A stretch of 64,000 bases of DNA from Histomonas meleagridis 2922-C6/04-290x (lineage: Eukaryota > Protista > Parabasalia). Under the pieces are notes generated by a model that was given only the letters and a program-made list of their open reading frames with translations, was not told where the DNA came from and made no database searches. How positions within the stretch are numbered: the stretch's first letter is position 1; each line of letters begins with the position of its first letter. The stretch spans positions 62,001 to 126,000 of the forward strand of contig JAANOX010000087.1 in the NCBI GenBank assembly GCA_020184695.1, given 5' to 3'. A program made the translations under genes and the position numbers. This document shows positions 22,442-34,413 of this stretch, piece by piece.

Positions 22442-25198
22442 ATGGATGAAAGGAAAAAAGAAATTGAAGTAGCATTATGTAAAAAAATTGCAGACATGAC
22501 AAAGACAGTATTTAAATTACATTCAGAATCAAATGCAACCAAAGAGTATCTTGATGAACTCAAAGAATTTTATAATGATGAATTTAATGAAATCAAAATA
22601 AAATCAAAAGAAATCACAGATGATGTAAAAAATAAAATAGACCTGATAAAAAGGGGGAATAATATTTTAAATAAATCAGAGGAAAATTATGATCAAAATT
22701 TCAAATATATAAAAGAAAAACTGGAAGATCAAGTAAATTCCATTACAAACCAAGCTAAAAGAGATATTCAATTCCTTAAAACACAGATGAATGAATTGAG
22801 ACATAAGATGGAAGATCAACGAAAATTATTCCAAAAAGCACAACAAGAAATCAATGTAACAACTACATCTGTTGTCTCTACCATAAAAGATAATCATCAA
22901 AAGGAGTATTCAAAGCATTTAATTGAAGCCAACAAACAATTTAATGATTTAGTTATACAATCTGTCAAGCGCGAAGAAGATCTTCGTAAGCGTTATGAAT
23001 TAGAGATAACCAATCTTCGTAATTCAGCAGCTGAAGGACAACGTTCTGCGTCAGAAGCGCTTACACTTCAAGAATCATCCATCAATAATCGATACAACGA
23101 ACTTCTTCTTGACAAAGAATCAATTTTACAGAATATTAAATTGTTCAATGAACAAATCGAAATACACCAAAACAAAACAGAACATCTTTTACAAGAAGCT
23201 CAATACAAAAAGAACATAATCGAAGCATCGCATTCAGAATCGATTAACAATTTAAAAGTTAAAATCGAAAATTGCAAAAACAACAAAGAAGCCGAAATAC
23301 GTAAAATCAAAGAAGAAGCAAAACGTGACAAAGCAAAATTCGAAGTTAAATCAATGCAACTTAAAAATCAAATTGAGTTTGAGAAAGAACTTCGAACTAA
23401 AGGAAATAATATAAGTGAACAATATAAAAAAGAAATGAACGAAATTGATGATAAACATCAAATTTTTTTGGACAATATAAAATCAATTAACGAAAAACTC
23501 GAAAATGAATTTTCGAAAATCGAAAATGAAAATAATTATAAAATTGAACAAATCGAAGAATTTATTAATGATGAAGAAAAAAGACACAAAGAAAAGATAA
23601 AAGAAATTAAAGAAAATCATCGAAAAACAATGAAAGAGATTCAACAAAATCAAAAAGAAGAATTAGAAAACATTTGTTTAGAATTAAATTTTGGCCCAAA
23701 TGATAAAATACAAAATTTATTAAATGAAATCCAACAAATTCGAAATGATATCGAAATATTAAAAGATAAAAACAATTTCGAATATCGAATGAAACAAAAG
23801 AAACTAAAAAATGATAAAGAAAAAGAAAAATATGAAAGAACAATCAAAGAAATAAAAAATAATCATCAAAAAAATATCGAAAACTTACAAAATGAAATCA
23901 AAAAGAAAATACATTCATTAAAAATGGAACATAAACAACAAATGAAACAACTTGATGAAATGCAACAAAAAGAACTCGAAAATGAAAAAAATAAATTATT
24001 AATCGAACTTGAAAAACAAAGAAAAGAAAAATTGGATATAATTCGTAATGAATATGAAAATAAACTTAAAATAATTAACTTAAAAATTATCGAAACACAA
24101 AAATTAATTAACGAAATAGAAAATTCTCAAAAAGAAAAACTTCAAAACAAAAATCAAATCGAAAATTTAAATATAAAAATTAATGAATCCGAAAAATTAT
24201 ATAAAAATGAAATCGATCAAAAGAAAAATGAACTTAAAGGAAAAATATTAAAATTAAAATCAGAACATATGAAAACAGAAAAGAAAAACGAAGAATTAAA
24301 ACGAAATAAAGAAAATGAGTTTTCTTATTTGTATAAAATTTTTTCGAAACAATTAAAAAAAGATGAAAACGAAAAGAAAAATTTAATTAACGAATTAACA
24401 AAATCAATTGATGAAGTAAAAGAAAGAAATTTTAATCAGCAACAAAACCTTGGAATTTATAACAATAAGAAAGACGAAGAAGATTTAAATACACAAAAAC
24501 AATTTCCGGAAATTAAAAATCAAATTGAACAAATCAATCAAAATACTGAAAAAAGATTAAAAATAATAGAAGATGAACAAACAACCGAAACAGATAAACT
24601 CCAATCAATATATGATAATTTAATTAAATTTGGTGAAGATCATATTAAACAACTTGATGAATTTTATCAATCAATTAAAACGATCAATGCAAACATTGAA
24701 AAAGTTGACTTGAAAGATAAAAATAAAGTTTTGAAAGAGAAATTGACTACTTTACAAAAAGAAGTTGAAGATTTTTGGAAAACGTTAATTGATGAATTCC
24801 AAGTTTCTGCAATAGAATTATCTAACAAAACAGAGTTACAAAAGAAAAATAATGATGATATAATATCACTACTAAAAGGAGAATATGATCAAAGAATTGA
24901 AACGATGAAAAAAAGATTCGAAGATGAAAAGAACTCAATAAATAAAGAAATACAAGAAATCGAAATGAAAAAGAAACAAACAATTTCGCAGCTTGAAAGC
25001 GACATTAAACAATGGGAAGAAAAGTTTCGATGTAGAGAAGCGCGAACTGAAGATTTGGAAAGGATAAAAAAACTGGAAGAAATGATCAAGGAAAAAAGTA
25101 ACGAAATCCAAAATATGGAAAGGAAGCAAAGGAGAGGAAGTATGGCATCTCTACCTCCACTTGATGGTGTTGTGAAGGAAAAAGATTCAGTGGATTAA
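22442..25198 (+). CDS. Long coiled-coil protein, FAM184-like termini
   Basis: 918-aa E/K/N-rich heptads. N-terminal LCKKIADMTKTVFKL and C-terminal REARTEDLERI. Confidence 0.7.
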   Translation: MDERKKEIEVALCKKIADMTKTVFKLHSESNATKEYLDELKEFYNDEFNEIKIKSKEITDDVKNKIDLIKRGNNILNKSEENYDQNFKYIKEKLEDQVNSITNQAKRDIQFLKTQMNELRHKMEDQRKLFQKAQQEINVTTTSVVSTIKDNHQKEYSKHLIEANKQFNDLVIQSVKREEDLRKRYELEITNLRNSAAEGQRSASEALTLQESSINNRYNELLLDKESILQNIKLFNEQIEIHQNKTEHLLQEAQYKKNIIEASHSESINNLKVKIENCKNNKEAEIRKIKEEAKRDKAKFEVKSMQLKNQIEFEKELRTKGNNISEQYKKEMNEIDDKHQIFLDNIKSINEKLENEFSKIENENNYKIEQIEEFINDEEKRHKEKIKEIKENHRKTMKEIQQNQKEELENICLELNFGPNDKIQNLLNEIQQIRNDIEILKDKNNFEYRMKQKKLKNDKEKEKYERTIKEIKNNHQKNIENLQNEIKKKIHSLKMEHKQQMKQLDEMQQKELENEKNKLLIELEKQRKEKLDIIRNEYENKLKIINLKIIETQKLINEIENSQKEKLQNKNQIENLNIKINESEKLYKNEIDQKKNELKGKILKLKSEHMKTEKKNEELKRNKENEFSYLYKIFSKQLKKDENEKKNLINELTKSIDEVKERNFNQQQNLGIYNNKKDEEDLNTQKQFPEIKNQIEQINQNTEKRLKIIEDEQTTETDKLQSIYDNLIKFGEDHIKQLDEFYQSIKTINANIEKVDLKDKNKVLKEKLTTLQKEVEDFWKTLIDEFQVSAIELSNKTELQKKNNDDIISLLKGEYDQRIETMKKRFEDEKNSINKEIQEIEMKKKQTISQLESDIKQWEEKFRCREARTEDLERIKKLEEMIKEKSNEIQNMERKQRRGSMASLPPLDGVVKEKDSVD

Positions 25199-25451
25199 TA
25201 TTTGTATATAAAAATGTTTTTTAAATTTATTTTTTTTTAATATTAAAACAAACAAATTTTATGTATAAAAGATATCATGAATCAGATAATCAATGGATAC
25301 GAAAATATTTATAAAAAAGAATTGATATTGGTGTACTATTTTCCATTTCATTGTTATCATTTTTATGGTAAATCTGAAATAAATGTTTAAACTTACCAAA
25401 AACATAACTTTAACATCACATAATGTGGTAAAGAATAAAATATTTTAAATT

Positions 25452-27277
25452 TTAATCTTTATCATTAGTACCAATTCCTTTTTGTTCTTTAAATAATTGA
25501 ACTATTTCTGTGTGTCCCTTATTGGATGCAATCATAAGCGCTGTATTAAATCATTTAAACATTTTTCAAATATAATTTTGAAATTTCAGATTATTAAAAT
25601 AAATATATAATAAAACAATTAAATATCTTTTGCATTAACATCAATTCCTTCATGTTCAAGAAGCAATTGAACTATTTCTATATTACCTTCTTCAGATGCA
25701 ATCATAAGTGCTGTTCTAAATAATTTTGATAATTTTCAAATTTTTTTTCAAAATCTCATGCTATCAAAATAGATATTATGTAAAACAATTAAATATCTTT
25801 TGCATTAACATCAATTCCTTCATGTTCAAGAAGCAATTGAACTATTTCGATATAACCATATTCAGATGCATGCATAAGTGCTGTTTGAAATAATTTAAAT
25901 ATTTCCCAAATATTATTTTAAAAAATAAAATTATTAAAATAAATTTTAAATAAAACAAATAATTTGTTTTAGCATTAACATCAATTCCTTTTTGTTGAAG
26001 AAGATATTTAATTATTTCTGTGTCATGCATTTTAGTAACAAAAAAAAGGGCTGTATTAAATCATATAAATAAAATCCGAATATTATTTTAAAATATAAAA
26101 TCGTTAGAATAAATTTTAAATAAAACGAATAAATATTTTTAGCATTAATATCAATTCCTTCATGTTCCAAGATATACTTAACAAGTTCGACGTTTTCTGA
26201 TTCCGAAGAGAAAAATAAAATATTTTCTGGTGACTGATTAAATTCAAGAAAGTATTTAGTAAGAAATATATTTCCTATCTTTGCAGATTCATTAATAATT
26301 GAATTATCTATTTTCATTCCACATTTTTGTAAAAATGAAAATATTTCATAGTTATGATACAAAATACATTTCTTTCCTAAATTTTCTAAATTATCAATTT
26401 TATGAATTTTATTATCATAAAGATATTTAAAGATATCATTTTGATGATATTTAATTGCTGTTTTATATGCATCTTCAAATGATGAATAATTTTGTTCACA
26501 TAAATGCATAATTTCAAGATTTCCACCTGCAATTGCATATTTGCCTGTATTGCTTACATTTGCACCATTCATGAGTAAATATTTAAAACAATTAACTGAA
26601 GAAAAAAATGCTGCATAATCAATTAATGAAATATTCCAATTGTTAATAAAAGAACATCTTTCATAAAGTGATGGTTTAATTGTTTGATTAAAATCAAAAT
26701 TTGTTTGCGATGATATTTCTTGAAGTTTTTCTATTTCATCATTTCGAATTATTTTCACAATTTCATTTGGATTATGTCCTTCTTTAACATATTGCTTATG
26801 AAGTTCAAAATCATTCCTTAGAAGTTCTTCACTATATAAATTTTTATATTGGTTTTTTTCATTAGTATCCAAAAGATGTATAAAATGTAGTTTCACTCCC
26901 AAACTTTGATCAGCTTTTTTTTGGATAATTTTTGGTTCAATTAAATTATGTTCAATCATTTTTTCAATAAGATAATATGATTCACTTGAAATATCTTTTA
27001 AAATGAAACAACTGAAAAAATCGAAAATTTTGTTTTTTTTCTGTTTCTCAATTTCCTTCATAAAATTGAAGCATGATTCATAATTTTCATGAGATACAAC
27101 AAATGACAAATATATGATTTGACTAATAATTAAATTAAAGGAGTACTGGTATTCATCAACATATTTGTCAAATATATTAATTACTGCTTGTGCTGATTGT
27201 GAAGCTTGCTTCATATCTAGTTTAAAAATTATTTGTTGGGTTTTTTTGAGTGCTTCCCAATCATTATAAGTTTTCAT
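25452..27277 (-). CDS. DUF3447-type domain + ankyrin repeats with four 80-nt spacer/codon blocks
   Basis: ORF 26012..27277 plus blocks at 26134-26055, 25964-25885, 25794-25715 and 25624-25545. These decode to NKYGNTAL, TKYGQTAL, DNEERTAL and DYEENTAL. Stop TAA at 25452-25454. Confidence 0.88.
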
Positions 27278-27926
27278 TTGGCTTTAACGAATATTTTGTA
27301 AAATGAAATGAACGATAAATTCACTTTTTTTATCGAGATTTCTTATAGAACTATATTTAGTTTATAACTTTAGATTTTAGAATACACTAATTTGTTTTAT
27401 ATATTGTTCAGATTTTTAATTGATGAAAAAATTAAAGAAATACTTTGGTATAGTAATGATTTGCATGTTTTCATGGTGAAAACCTTTATTTTAATCAAAA
27501 GTGTCGAAAATCAATGACTTTATGAATTCTTTCTTTTTTAATTTGAGATTTCCTTTCTTGGATGTCATCTAAATTTTAAGGGTATATATCGAAATATATT
27601 AATAATTTTATTACATAGACAGCGGAAAAACAGGTAAATCTCCTAAAAGAAATCATAAATTTTTAAATAGTTTGTTAGCAAATAGAAATTTTAACATATC
27701 TTCATTCCCAAAAATATTATTTAAATAATATTTGAGAAGAAAAACGAGAATAAAAATTTTTCTTGTTAACGTTCTCCTAAATTCAATGATTGCGAAAATT
27801 ACAAATTTAAATCAAAAAAATTTATTTAACACACATAACAAAACATGTTCTCTACAGATTTCACGTCAGCCTATCAATGGTTACTCAAACAAAACAATAT
27901 TTATCCTCATTCAACATTTATTAAAC

Positions 27927-29651
27927 TCAGCATCCCCACTTTTTCCTGAACGTTTTAATCAACTGAATAATTCCATGTAGCGAATTATTATCTATGAGCA
28001 CTACGAACATATCTCTTTCGCCGTATATTTTATTCATTACGAACTGAAATGGTGGAATCAACAAAACGTTCGAATTCTCATCCAAATTCGAATATAAAAT
28101 TGATTCAAACATCGCGACAATACTATCGCCGTTGCCAAACACAAGCTCCCTTAGCATGTATGCCTTTATTGCAGGCTTGATGAAATTGTTGGAATTTCCG
28201 AAAAATGACGATATGAAGTTTTCAAGCTCGGAAACCTTTTTAGCTATAGATTTATCTCCAAAACATTTTATGTTTCGATTTGGTACTGACCAATTTATCG
28301 GAGTTTTAATATAAGTCTTCAAAATTTGACATGCCTTCTTTTGATATAAAGCTGCATAAAAAATGGCACTGGCCTTATTCATCTTCTTCTTAAGTAAAAC
28401 ATTGATCCAATCTTTGGTATTCGTTTCTTTCCGCCAAACATTGTTAATCACAATAATGCTGTTGGTGAAGTAGCAAACCGCAATTTGCATTGAAAAAAAG
28501 CCGTTACGGTTATAAAGATCTTTTTGTTCGTATGTCGGAATAAAATATGGAGGAAACTGGTTGTCATTACACAACGAGAGCTCATATTTGTTACAACGAG
28601 TCTTAGATGTACTTAGTGTTAAAACAGGACCAGAAAAATCTTTGATTTGTAATCCTTCTGAATGAAACAATTTGATGATAAATGGTTTACATGTGTTTTT
28701 AACAATCGATTTCCGAAATGAATCAAAAAAGCATTTGCTTTGAAGTGAATTGGTAACATTAAAAGACGCTTGAAGATAATTCGCTAAATCAATGGCACCT
28801 TGTGTTGGACTTTCTGTAACTTGGATAAGATGTGTATGGAGATCAACGTAAATAGATGGCTCTTTTGGAATGTTATCTTTGAAAATGTATATAATATCTT
28901 GGATATATGGATATGCTTCATCTCTAATATCATTGGTTATAAAATATAAAAAGTCATTCAAACAATTGGTCTCGCCTTGAGAGCTTTGTAGAATTGATTT
29001 CCCTATCTTAAAAGCTTTTTTGATATCTTTTGTATATGATAATAAAGGTTTCAAATATTTTAATGGTTCAAAAACAGAAGTCATAGAACTGAATCCTATT
29101 TGACCTTCATGTAGAAAATTCATGAATGTTACTGATTTTCCCACCAAAACAAAAATGAACATTAAATCATCATAAAAATGAGATTCTGATTCTGCTTTGA
29201 GAAAATTTGCAAATGTATTAAAATCTTTAATGTCTAAGCTTAAATCAAGTAAAACAAATACAATTGGCCCAGAAATACCTTTTTTTGGTTTTGTTTCAAT
29301 TTGGAAATATTTAAAATCTGCATCTACAATAGTAGAGAATGCTTTTGGCATACAGATTGGACAAAAATCTTCTTTTCGTAATTTATATGCTTGACAATTT
29401 GGACATTTATAAACAGCTTTTGCTATCGAAGGTGGCTCTATTGATTCTGTTGTATAAGAAAATGTTGTTCCTTGCAGAAAATTGGGATCATAAGGGAGAC
29501 ATTCTGAGGAAAAAATAATCGACATCTTCCAAGATAACGGAAAACTGCCAACACAAAAATACACCGATACCACTTTTTGATAATATTCTATCGTTACGTT
29601 CCAATTTGCTTTTGACTTTTGTTCATACACTATTATTATTTTTATTTTCAT
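27927..29651 (-). CDS. Divergent Sec23/Sec24-like protein (Zn finger + vWA-like trunk)
   Basis: CPNC...CPIC Zn-finger followed by PIVFVLLDLS. Likely ATG near 29522. Confidence 0.55.
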   Translation of the reverse strand: MKIKIIIVYEQKSKANWNVTIEYYQKVVSVYFCVGSFPLSWKMSIIFSSECLPYDPNFLQGTTFSYTTESIEPPSIAKAVYKCPNCQAYKLRKEDFCPICMPKAFSTIVDADFKYFQIETKPKKGISGPIVFVLLDLSLDIKDFNTFANFLKAESESHFYDDLMFIFVLVGKSVTFMNFLHEGQIGFSSMTSVFEPLKYLKPLLSYTKDIKKAFKIGKSILQSSQGETNCLNDFLYFITNDIRDEAYPYIQDIIYIFKDNIPKEPSIYVDLHTHLIQVTESPTQGAIDLANYLQASFNVTNSLQSKCFFDSFRKSIVKNTCKPFIIKLFHSEGLQIKDFSGPVLTLSTSKTRCNKYELSLCNDNQFPPYFIPTYEQKDLYNRNGFFSMQIAVCYFTNSIIVINNVWRKETNTKDWINVLLKKKMNKASAIFYAALYQKKACQILKTYIKTPINWSVPNRNIKCFGDKSIAKKVSELENFISSFFGNSNNFIKPAIKAYMLRELVFGNGDSIVAMFESILYSNLDENSNVLLIPPFQFVMNKIYGERDMFVVLIDNNSLHGIIQLIKTFRKKWGC

Positions 29652-29826
29652 GTTTCAAGGTCTAGAAATATTACAATGAAATTTCGTACCTCTTGATTAC
29701 TATTATTTATGTAAGAAATCAATGAGATTTTTTGTTTCAAATTTCCAAGAATTCGTCAATATTATTTTATATCAATTTATTATGGCAGAATTTTCATCAT
29801 GAAAAAGTTGACACTTTTTTACAAAA

Positions 29827-32775
29827 ATGAAAAAATTTGTCATCATCACAGTTGATGACAACAATGGTAACTCAACAAGTCGTACTATGAACAGTGTTAT
29901 TCTCGAAGGGAAAAATGGGAAAGTTTTGCTCGAGAAACTTTCAAAACAATCGTCATTTCCATTTGAAGCAGGAGCATTATTGTATTGCGATCCAACATTT
30001 TCAATTCCAATATCTCCTCAAATGAAACCTCTTGAATCTTTTCCACAACTTGTACAAGAAAAGCTGAATATTGATTTAACTGATTCTGCTTCAATTGTCA
30101 CATATCCAAGGTTAGTTTTAGTGTTAAAAAAGTCTCCAAGGATTGGTAAATTTATCATTACTTTTCGCGATGCTATTACAAAACGTGTTGTTGATATTCC
30201 ATTTCCAATTAAAGTTAAAAAACAATCCACACTTTTAACTTACATTCAATCCTTTTCCAAAGAATTTACACCCGAAAACATAACACAGATCATTTCCAGA
30301 AAGATATCATCTCCACCCAAACGCATTAAATTAAACACGCAAATAAACGAAGAAAAATTACCACTTGATTATGACATTCAACATAGCTTTATTAACCAAA
30401 ATGGTACATTTATATTTTCAGGTAATTACATCTTTGAAGTCGAACCATCATTAGCAGAACAAGAGCGCGTTACAATCATTAATCAACTCACTGAGAATAA
30501 TAATCAACAGCCATTTGCACATCGCTTAACTAAGCTAAAAAGTGACATCAAAGGCTTCTTCGAAACCGAACAAAGTTTCTCAAATACATTTTCATTATTA
30601 ATTCCACTTATTAGTCAAGAATTTGATTATGAATCCAAAGATCCGAATGTTTTATTAGTGCTTAAAACCATTTTAAATGAAGTTCTCACGCCTATATTAG
30701 CGAACAACATTAGTAAAATGGACAAACGTAGTGATTACAAGAAATGCAAAAATTGGAATGAGCTTAGTCATTTATTTTTGACGTCCAAAACCGATTTTAA
30801 AGTTCGAAAACAATTAACACTTGAAGAAATCATACCGCGGATCATTGAAACCACGTTATTGTCATCGCCAATGTTCATCGAACAATTTGTTGACATTTCA
30901 TTCAATTGTTTGAGTTACTTCAACGGCAAAAGTGACGTCGTAACCGAAAACAATCAATTCTATGGGCCGATCATATTCTATTCAATGGTTGTTATTGAAA
31001 CCATTCAAATGACGTTAGTTGTCACAAGAGGTTTTATATACTTATTAAGTGGGAAACCTAAAAACATTAAAAACTTTTGCGTGTTTCCAGAGAAATTCGA
31101 AATAGATCAAAGCCAATCAATATTCACATTGCCAATTCAAATGTGGTCTGTTATACCAACGCCTTCAAGTGCACACACGGGAATATTAATGATAAGCCAA
31201 ACACAACAATTCCTTATGACCTTTGGTAGTCCTGAGCAATTAGTTATGTTTATGATATGTTTCCAATTATGTAGTGATGAAATTGAGAAAACAAAAATTT
31301 TGCCAAAATTCCCTATCGATTGTATTATCGAGTTTAATAACAATGCAAATAACAATTTTGCGGTAAACATTAAATTTTATGATTTTGATTGGAATTTAGA
31401 GATTCCAATTTCACAAATGAAAAATGAAATTCATTTAATGCAAAACTATATTAACCCTGGCATAGATAATACATCCCAAATACCTTTTAACTATAATCAG
31501 GACTTGGTATGCTTCGGGACACATTTATCATCTGAAAATTATCTTCAGTACATCAAACAAACATCAAACAAATTCAATAAGAATTTTGAATTGACATTTT
31601 ACAAAGCTTTACTTATCGACATGATATTTTCGCATGAGGGCAAAGCGGTTTTCTACGGGTTCCTTCCGTTTAAAATTAGCGACTTTTTGTATGGCGCCGA
31701 TAAAGATGAAATTTTATTTTTGTTACAAATCGGATGTTTTAATAATTATCTTCAAGATTATTTAGTCAATGGTATACCATTTGTTCATTATTTATGTCAA
31801 ACAACTAACAAAATTGAACTATTAAAATATCTTGAAAATAAACTTGAGTTAGAAGATATTAATAACAAAAAGAGAACGCCAATTTTTTATTCATTACAAA
31901 ATCCAAACATATCCATATTTAAGACATTAATTGAAATGAAAGCTAATGTTGATTATTGTGACTCGACTGGTATTTCACCACTTGTTGAATGTTATGAACA
32001 AAAAGACACCGAAAAGTTAATGATATTACTAGAGAATGGTGCACTTGTACATGACACATTAGAAAATGATTATAAAAGCTTAATCGAATACGTCCTCATT
32101 AAACATGACCTAGAAACATTGGAAATATTATTACCTTTCCTTGGCAACAAAGTGAATTTCCCCAATGCGCAAGGTCAGTTTTTGATTCACTTGTGCCTTT
32201 CAAATAATTTCCCTGACGCAATTTACTTGATGCAGCAAAAGTGCCAACAAATGAACCCAAACATGTACTCAAAAACCGTCGAGCATCCGTTACATTACAT
32301 ATTCACTTCACACCTGACGGAGGTTATGTTGAAGGCATTGTTATCGTTGCCTAACTTGAACCTTAACGTCTTCGACGATAACGGTGACACGCCGCTGACA
32401 AAGTCTGTCAAAAGTGAGGTCGTGTTCTTCGTACAAATGCTGGCAAAGGATAATCGTTGTGATATAGATATGTATAACAAAGAAGGATTAAGCCCATTGT
32501 ATTTGGCTGTGAAGGCTAATAGTTTGGAAATCACAAAAATTTTGATTGACGCTGGTGCACTGGTAAATCAACCAATAGCTACTGGTGAAACAGCAATTTT
32601 CGAGGCTGTACGAGAAGGGAAAGCTGAAATGGTTGAGTTTCTTCTTAAGTCTGGTGCAAATGTTAATCAATGGTATTACAAAGGTAAACTTGCATCACAA
32701 ATTGCACCTGAAAACATAGCAAAAATTATTCACCAGTATACCACCGAAACAATTTCGTTGTCTTTTGACAGCTGA
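29827..32775 (+). CDS. Large protein with C-terminal, uninterrupted ankyrin repeats
   Basis: 982-aa ORF. Loops DSTGISPL, DDNGDTPL, NKEGLSPL and ATGETAI are encoded contiguously. Confidence 0.85.
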   Translation: MKKFVIITVDDNNGNSTSRTMNSVILEGKNGKVLLEKLSKQSSFPFEAGALLYCDPTFSIPISPQMKPLESFPQLVQEKLNIDLTDSASIVTYPRLVLVLKKSPRIGKFIITFRDAITKRVVDIPFPIKVKKQSTLLTYIQSFSKEFTPENITQIISRKISSPPKRIKLNTQINEEKLPLDYDIQHSFINQNGTFIFSGNYIFEVEPSLAEQERVTIINQLTENNNQQPFAHRLTKLKSDIKGFFETEQSFSNTFSLLIPLISQEFDYESKDPNVLLVLKTILNEVLTPILANNISKMDKRSDYKKCKNWNELSHLFLTSKTDFKVRKQLTLEEIIPRIIETTLLSSPMFIEQFVDISFNCLSYFNGKSDVVTENNQFYGPIIFYSMVVIETIQMTLVVTRGFIYLLSGKPKNIKNFCVFPEKFEIDQSQSIFTLPIQMWSVIPTPSSAHTGILMISQTQQFLMTFGSPEQLVMFMICFQLCSDEIEKTKILPKFPIDCIIEFNNNANNNFAVNIKFYDFDWNLEIPISQMKNEIHLMQNYINPGIDNTSQIPFNYNQDLVCFGTHLSSENYLQYIKQTSNKFNKNFELTFYKALLIDMIFSHEGKAVFYGFLPFKISDFLYGADKDEILFLLQIGCFNNYLQDYLVNGIPFVHYLCQTTNKIELLKYLENKLELEDINNKKRTPIFYSLQNPNISIFKTLIEMKANVDYCDSTGISPLVECYEQKDTEKLMILLENGALVHDTLENDYKSLIEYVLIKHDLETLEILLPFLGNKVNFPNAQGQFLIHLCLSNNFPDAIYLMQQKCQQMNPNMYSKTVEHPLHYIFTSHLTEVMLKALLSLPNLNLNVFDDNGDTPLTKSVKSEVVFFVQMLAKDNRCDIDMYNKEGLSPLYLAVKANSLEITKILIDAGALVNQPIATGETAIFEAVREGKAEMVEFLLKSGANVNQWYYKGKLASQIAPENIAKIIHQYTTETISLSFDS

Positions 32776-33039
32776 TTGGATATCTTCAAATACAAAAATG
32801 AGTGTAAGCTCTAAAATCGGCTATTGAATAAACAGATGTTGTGCCTTTTGGCTTTAACGAAAATAACTATCATGTTTTTGGTTTTCGAAATTTTGGTTTT
32901 ATCTGATAATAAACATCCGTTATGAAAAAATGTTTTTATGAAACTTTTTCAATGGTACATAAAAGTTGTGGGAAGCCACTCACAAAACCGCAGTTTTTAA
33001 AAACGTTCAGTCTATCGTCCGAGCATTTATCATTCAATT

Positions 33040-34188
33040 TTGAATGGATATATCCAACCAAGGAATTTGCCAATGATTGGAAAGAACCCTTCTCAACAGA
33101 TCCTGGAACCATTCTTGCAATACTTCGATAAAGATTTCGACTTTACTTCAAAAAGCATTGAAGTACCGGAGTTTGATATAAATATTCTTGAAGGATTATG
33201 TAACCAATCAATTGAAGAACTTCAGAATACTAAATCTTCATTGATTGAAATAGATGGATCATTTGCAATCGTTGGTGATCTCCATGGAAACATAAAAGAT
33301 TTAATTAAAATATTTCACATTTTTGGTGTTCCTCCTGAAACAAAATATCTATTTCTTGGTGATTTTGTTGACAGAGGTCAAGAATCAATCGCTGTTGTCA
33401 GTTTAGTTTTAGCATTTGTTTGCCTATATCCAGGAAAAGTATTTCTCATCCGTGGAAATCATGAATTCTCACACATCAACAGAGCTTATGGTTTTTATGA
33501 AGAGATCATGACCAAGTACAATTCTGAAGAACTATGGTTACTATTCCAACAAGTATTTAGTTGGTTCCCTTTAGCCGCAATCATCCAAAATAAAATTTTT
33601 TGTGTCCACGGAGGTCTTTCACCTCTTCTTAACAATGTCCAAACGCTTCGAGATCTCTCATTACCAATTTATAATTATCTTCAAAATTCCATGATATCTG
33701 ATCTTGTTTGGTCAGATCCCAATGATGGTATCCAAGGGTTCCATCTTAACCATAGAGGCTCTGGGCAAGTATTTGGGCCGGATACTGTTGATACTTTTCT
33801 TCGAAATAATAATCTCCAATTATTAATTCGAGGCCATCAATGTACATTTTCTGGGTTCCGTCCATTTGCCAACTTTGAAGGCGTTACACTATTCTCAAGT
33901 AGTGAATACTGTATGACATTTAATAACAAATGTGGAGTAATCACATTTAGGAACAACGAAATTTCTTTTTATTGTCTTCAAGAAGACTTCGATTGCGACA
34001 TCATGCCACAAGCAACGATGTGTTTGCAAGTGGATGGTTCTCCAGGGCTAAGAAAGTTTGCAAGGAGCTATTCGAACCCGATAATAAATGTCAACCCTGC
34101 TGATGATGATAAATCTACTCATGAATCACCAAAATCAATGAGCAGATCAACATCAGTTAACAAAGAATTACTTCTTACTATGAATTAA
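33040..34188 (+). CDS. PPP-family Ser/Thr protein phosphatase
   Basis: GDLHG, GDFVDRG, RGNHE, HGG, WSDP and RGHQ motifs. Likely ATG at 33073. Confidence 0.93.
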   Translation: MNGYIQPRNLPMIGKNPSQQILEPFLQYFDKDFDFTSKSIEVPEFDINILEGLCNQSIEELQNTKSSLIEIDGSFAIVGDLHGNIKDLIKIFHIFGVPPETKYLFLGDFVDRGQESIAVVSLVLAFVCLYPGKVFLIRGNHEFSHINRAYGFYEEIMTKYNSEELWLLFQQVFSWFPLAAIIQNKIFCVHGGLSPLLNNVQTLRDLSLPIYNYLQNSMISDLVWSDPNDGIQGFHLNHRGSGQVFGPDTVDTFLRNNNLQLLIRGHQCTFSGFRPFANFEGVTLFSSSEYCMTFNNKCGVITFRNNEISFYCLQEDFDCDIMPQATMCLQVDGSPGLRKFARSYSNPIINVNPADDDKSTHESPKSMSRSTSVNKELLLTMN

Positions 34189-34413
34189 AACAATACAATA
34201 TGAAAAATTTAGTAAAAACTGTTATGTTTTATAAAGCTTTTTTTGAATAAAAATATTATCCAATATTCCATCCCATGAAAATTATAGTTTTAATTCGATT
34301 TAATGATTTTTGATGAGTTATCGTTTACTTTTCAACATTCCCAAAAAATGCCATTTCGACATTTTTGGGGTTAATTCACAATACACAAATTGTTTTTAAC
34401 ATTTTATATTTGA

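Noticed and set aside
23607-25129. Phe/Leu-rich minus-strand ORFs
   Set aside because: Antisense to the A-rich coiled-coil gene.
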